Shown piece by piece: positions 61,637-64,000 of a stretch of DNA of 64,000 nt (its first letter is position 1; each line of letters begins with the position of its first letter). Origin of the DNA: Gemmatales bacterium (GTDB lineage: Bacteria > Planctomycetota > Planctomycetia > Gemmatales > HRBIN36). The notes beneath the pieces are model-generated. The model had not been told where the DNA came from and ran no database searches. It saw only the letters and a list, made by a program, of their open reading frames with translations. Made by a program: the position numbers and the translations under genes. The DNA lies in NCBI GenBank assembly GCA_041640595.1, contig JBEPZY010000008.1:40484-104483 (forward strand), read 5' to 3'.

Positions 61637-62734
61637 GGCTCTCCTCAAAAGTCCTGACGGCCAGTTATCGCCTCGTTTCGATCGTAAATGGGCTACGGAC
61701 GATGGCTGCTGAAAAGTCGCACCACAATTGCCCGAAAATTCGCTACCACGCCGGACACACGATTCGGCAGCTATTGCTGACAAGGAATGCCCGTTTGATC
61801 CCGGCGAGTTGCTGCGGATTGTATTCGGACAAAAACTCGCTAACAAGATGCCTGCCATGGACGCGCCCTAACTTGAACGCACATTCGTATCGCCTGAGAC
61901 GAATTGCAAACGCCGCGATTTCCAACCCTGCAAAACGCCTTTGCACGTTCAGCTTCATCGCATCATGGGTGCGTAACAAGCAAAGGCCGCGATGCCGGCA
62001 CAGGTCGAACGCTCGCCAGCCAACCGATGCGATCCCGACGACCGGCCCCCGCTCGGTAACCTTTCCTGGCGGAAAACTGGATCAGCACATACCCAGGACA
62101 TTTCGCTAGCGATTGGCTCTCAAAAAAGCATTCCTTGCTGGAAGAGCAGGCAGTCGCACTGCGTCCTGTGCTCTGGTTTCCGCCAGCCGACAGCATGCTT
62201 GCCTTGCAGAAAATGGCATTCCCTCGCGGCGCAACGGATGTGGGATTGGCTCAGCTTGTCGAAACGACGTGGCGTTTCACGGCCAGTGATCGTGTTTTCG
62301 CAACTACGCTGCCCGAACGCACGGGAAAACCGGTCACAACACGGCTGTGCTCGCGTCCCACCGCACCTCATTCTCCATAGCGTTGTTGCCGGCTTGTCCG
62401 CAGGGAGAAAGTTCGCAACAACGGCTAAGGCAGGCGGATATGCGCAACGAAGCCGCCTTCTGTGCCAATTGGGCTAACCAGGAGCGCTAAACTCCCGGAT
62501 ACGAGCCCGGAATACGACGAAGCACCGTGCTTCTGAGTCCCATCGGGGAGCCTGCACCGCAAAACTGGCCAGCGAACGTGCGCATGGGCGGTGATGTTTT
62601 TCGGGAGCATCGCCAGACGGTGCGCTATTTTCCCACCCCGGACGGTGAGCGATTGTGTCTGGCGCAACGCTTTCGGAAGCGGCTGGCTACACCATCGCGC
62701 ATCCGGCAAACGACGCAGTTGCGGCGGTTCTTGG

Positions 62735-62875
62735 TCAGGCGGCTTTTTCTTTCGTTACCTTGGACAGGTGGTTCTGCAATCGGTCGAGTATTTTTTTCAG
62801 ATGGGCAATCTTGCGGTCCACCCGCTGGAGACGCCGCAGCAATACTTGCCGTTTCTTTTCCTGCATGCTGGCCAT
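62735..62875 (-). CDS. Small basic coiled-coil protein (46 aa; absent from the ORF track)
   Basis: AGGAGG 8 nt before the ATG; MASMQEKKRQVLLRRLQRVDRKIAHLKKILDRLQNHLSKVTKEKAA*. Confidence 0.65.
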   Translation of the reverse strand: MASMQEKKRQVLLRRLQRVDRKIAHLKKILDRLQNHLSKVTKEKAA

Positions 62876-62947
62876 GCTCGTTTCCTCCTGCCTTGTGGCG
62901 AATAGATTTGGCTTGTCCGCAAACCGAAAGCGGCATTAACTGCATCG

Positions 62948-63108
62948 GCAATACCTTCGGTAACGATTAAGCAAAACGTTGCCAAGCATACCGCTGCCCC
63001 ATTCGCCACCACGCAATACCTTCGGTAACGGTTGAGCAAAAGGTTACCAAACATACCGCTACCCCATCCGCCACCACGCAATATCTTCGGTAACAATTAA
63101 GCAAAAGG
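62948..63108. repeat. 65-bp tandem repeat, ~2.5 copies
   Basis: GCAATA(C/T)CTTCGGTAAxxxTTxAGCAAAA at 62948, 63013 and 63078. Confidence 0.88.
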
Positions 63109-63281
63109 CCCCGATGATCCCGCCGGCATGCCGCCCACTCGCCCAGCCAGAATCCCCGCAACCTCCAGGCCAACAGAATCCGCTTGGGCTGGCCGGAAGG
63201 CGAAGTTTTTCGCTGGTTCGGATCGCGAGTATCCGTTTCAGAGTATCAGCGTTCGGAGTGTCAGTCAGGGCCCGTCGCCGG

Positions 63282-63667
63282 GCGGGCTTGCCGCTACGTT
63301 GATGCAAGTGGACGTGGGCCCTGACAGGTCCGCATGGGCGATCTCTGCCTTGACAGGTGGGTTTGCGGCTATGCTGATGCAGGTGATGGCTGCCGGTGTT
63401 ATCGTCAGGGTACCAGCGACCATTGGCAGCGAGGTTCCCTGCCACGTTGATGCAAACGGTGGCCGTCAGCGTTACCGTGGGGCGATCGACTGGCGGTTGA
63501 CAGGCGGGTTTGCCGCTACTTTGATGCAGGTGATGGCTGCCGGTGTTATCGTCAGGGTACCAGCGACCATTGGCAGCGAGGTTCCCTGCCACGTTGATGC
63601 AAACGGTGGCCGTCAGCTTTACCGTGAGGCGATCGACTGGCGGTTGCCAGGCGGGTTTGCGGCTACT
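63282..63667. repeat. 147-bp tandem duplication built from ~73/74-bp subunits
   Basis: TGATGCA core at 63300, 63375, 63448, 63522 and 63595; ~63348-63520 is repeated near-identically 147 bp later. Confidence 0.88.
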
Positions 63668-64000
63668 GTTCCGAAGGGAGACAGAGCAACCGCAGCAGGG
63701 CTTCGCAATGAGTTTGCAAGAAGTCGGCCAGATTGGGCAGCGGCGTTTCCTCGGGCAGAGTCTCGGTGAGAGCGGCGAACCAGCGCGGGAAGGCGTACAA
63801 TTGGGCCAGGTCTTCAGCGCCCAGCGGCTCCAATCGCAAACGTTTGCCGCGAGACTGTGCTTCTTCCCACAGGGATTTGCTTTTGCCCGTCAGGTGCACG
63901 TCTTCCGCCGGGCGAAGCAGGACGAGCACATCCATAGCCGGCGGTTCCAAATCTAAAGCGGCGAGTTTGACCTGTAAATCGCGGAGTTTGCCGGGACCTC
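63663..64000 (-). CDS. 3' end of a hypothetical protein running off the window
   Basis: Frame is open from the window edge to the stop at 63663 (...LRDLQVKLAALDLEPP...LLCLPSEQ*). Confidence 0.65.
   Translation of the reverse strand, partial: GPGKLRDLQVKLAALDLEPPAMDVLVLLRPAEDVHLTGKSKSLWEEAQSRGKRLRLEPLGAEDLAQLYAFPRWFAALTETLPEETPLPNLADFLQTHCEALLRLLCLPSEQ

Noticed and set aside
62320..62370. GGGAA..CCGGT..ACGG segment reminiscent of a cobalamin riboswitch
   Set aside because: The B12-box and the conserved GCxACTG element are not recognisable, and no matching downstream gene.
63059..63769. 177-aa and 213-aa ORFs with internal repeats
   Set aside because: Products of the 147-bp DNA duplication; no RBS or protein-like features, and the longer one overlaps the terminal CDS.

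Overview
A 64-kb GC-rich bacterial window, almost certainly from a planctomycete (Gemmatales-like). The evidence is a 'RLxxExLExRxLxA' export motif, a Tat-exported DUF1501 protein, mfnB, a zinc-ribbon SpoVG and a planctomycete-type kinase architecture. Bases 1-18,000 are accessory DNA with two parts. (i) A polymorphic-toxin-like locus: a secreted Ig/helical protein with an AT-richer C-terminal domain, a downstream signal-peptide gene that looks paralogous to that domain, and an orphan copy of the conserved pre-tip segment. (ii) A GntR-LacI regulator divergent from a cluster of paralogous secreted proteins. One cluster gene, which the ORF track splits in two (10113-10373 and 10446-11399), is a single thioredoxin-fold gene. 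It has an in-frame TGA in a Cys-(TGA) motif, a SECIS-like hairpin and strong resemblance to the selenoprotein N active site; this candidate exported selenoprotein is the best finding. Bases 18,000-64,000 are mostly housekeeping genes: serS, tRNA-Pro(GGG), lpxB, nagA, guaA, a folK-SDR fusion, mfnB, ispE, cobA-hemD, spoVG, a troABC-type transporter with DtxR-type boxes, der, fur and dedA. This part also has a giant coiled-coil pseudokinase, a roughly 1550-aa VWA/TPR protein with a (GMPGMMM)n tract, and a 370-bp-unit array of REP-like palindromes. Several unrelated intergenic repeat arrays share a period of about 73-74 bp. No cas, transposase or integrase genes were recognised. All calls are by eye; no database searches were run.
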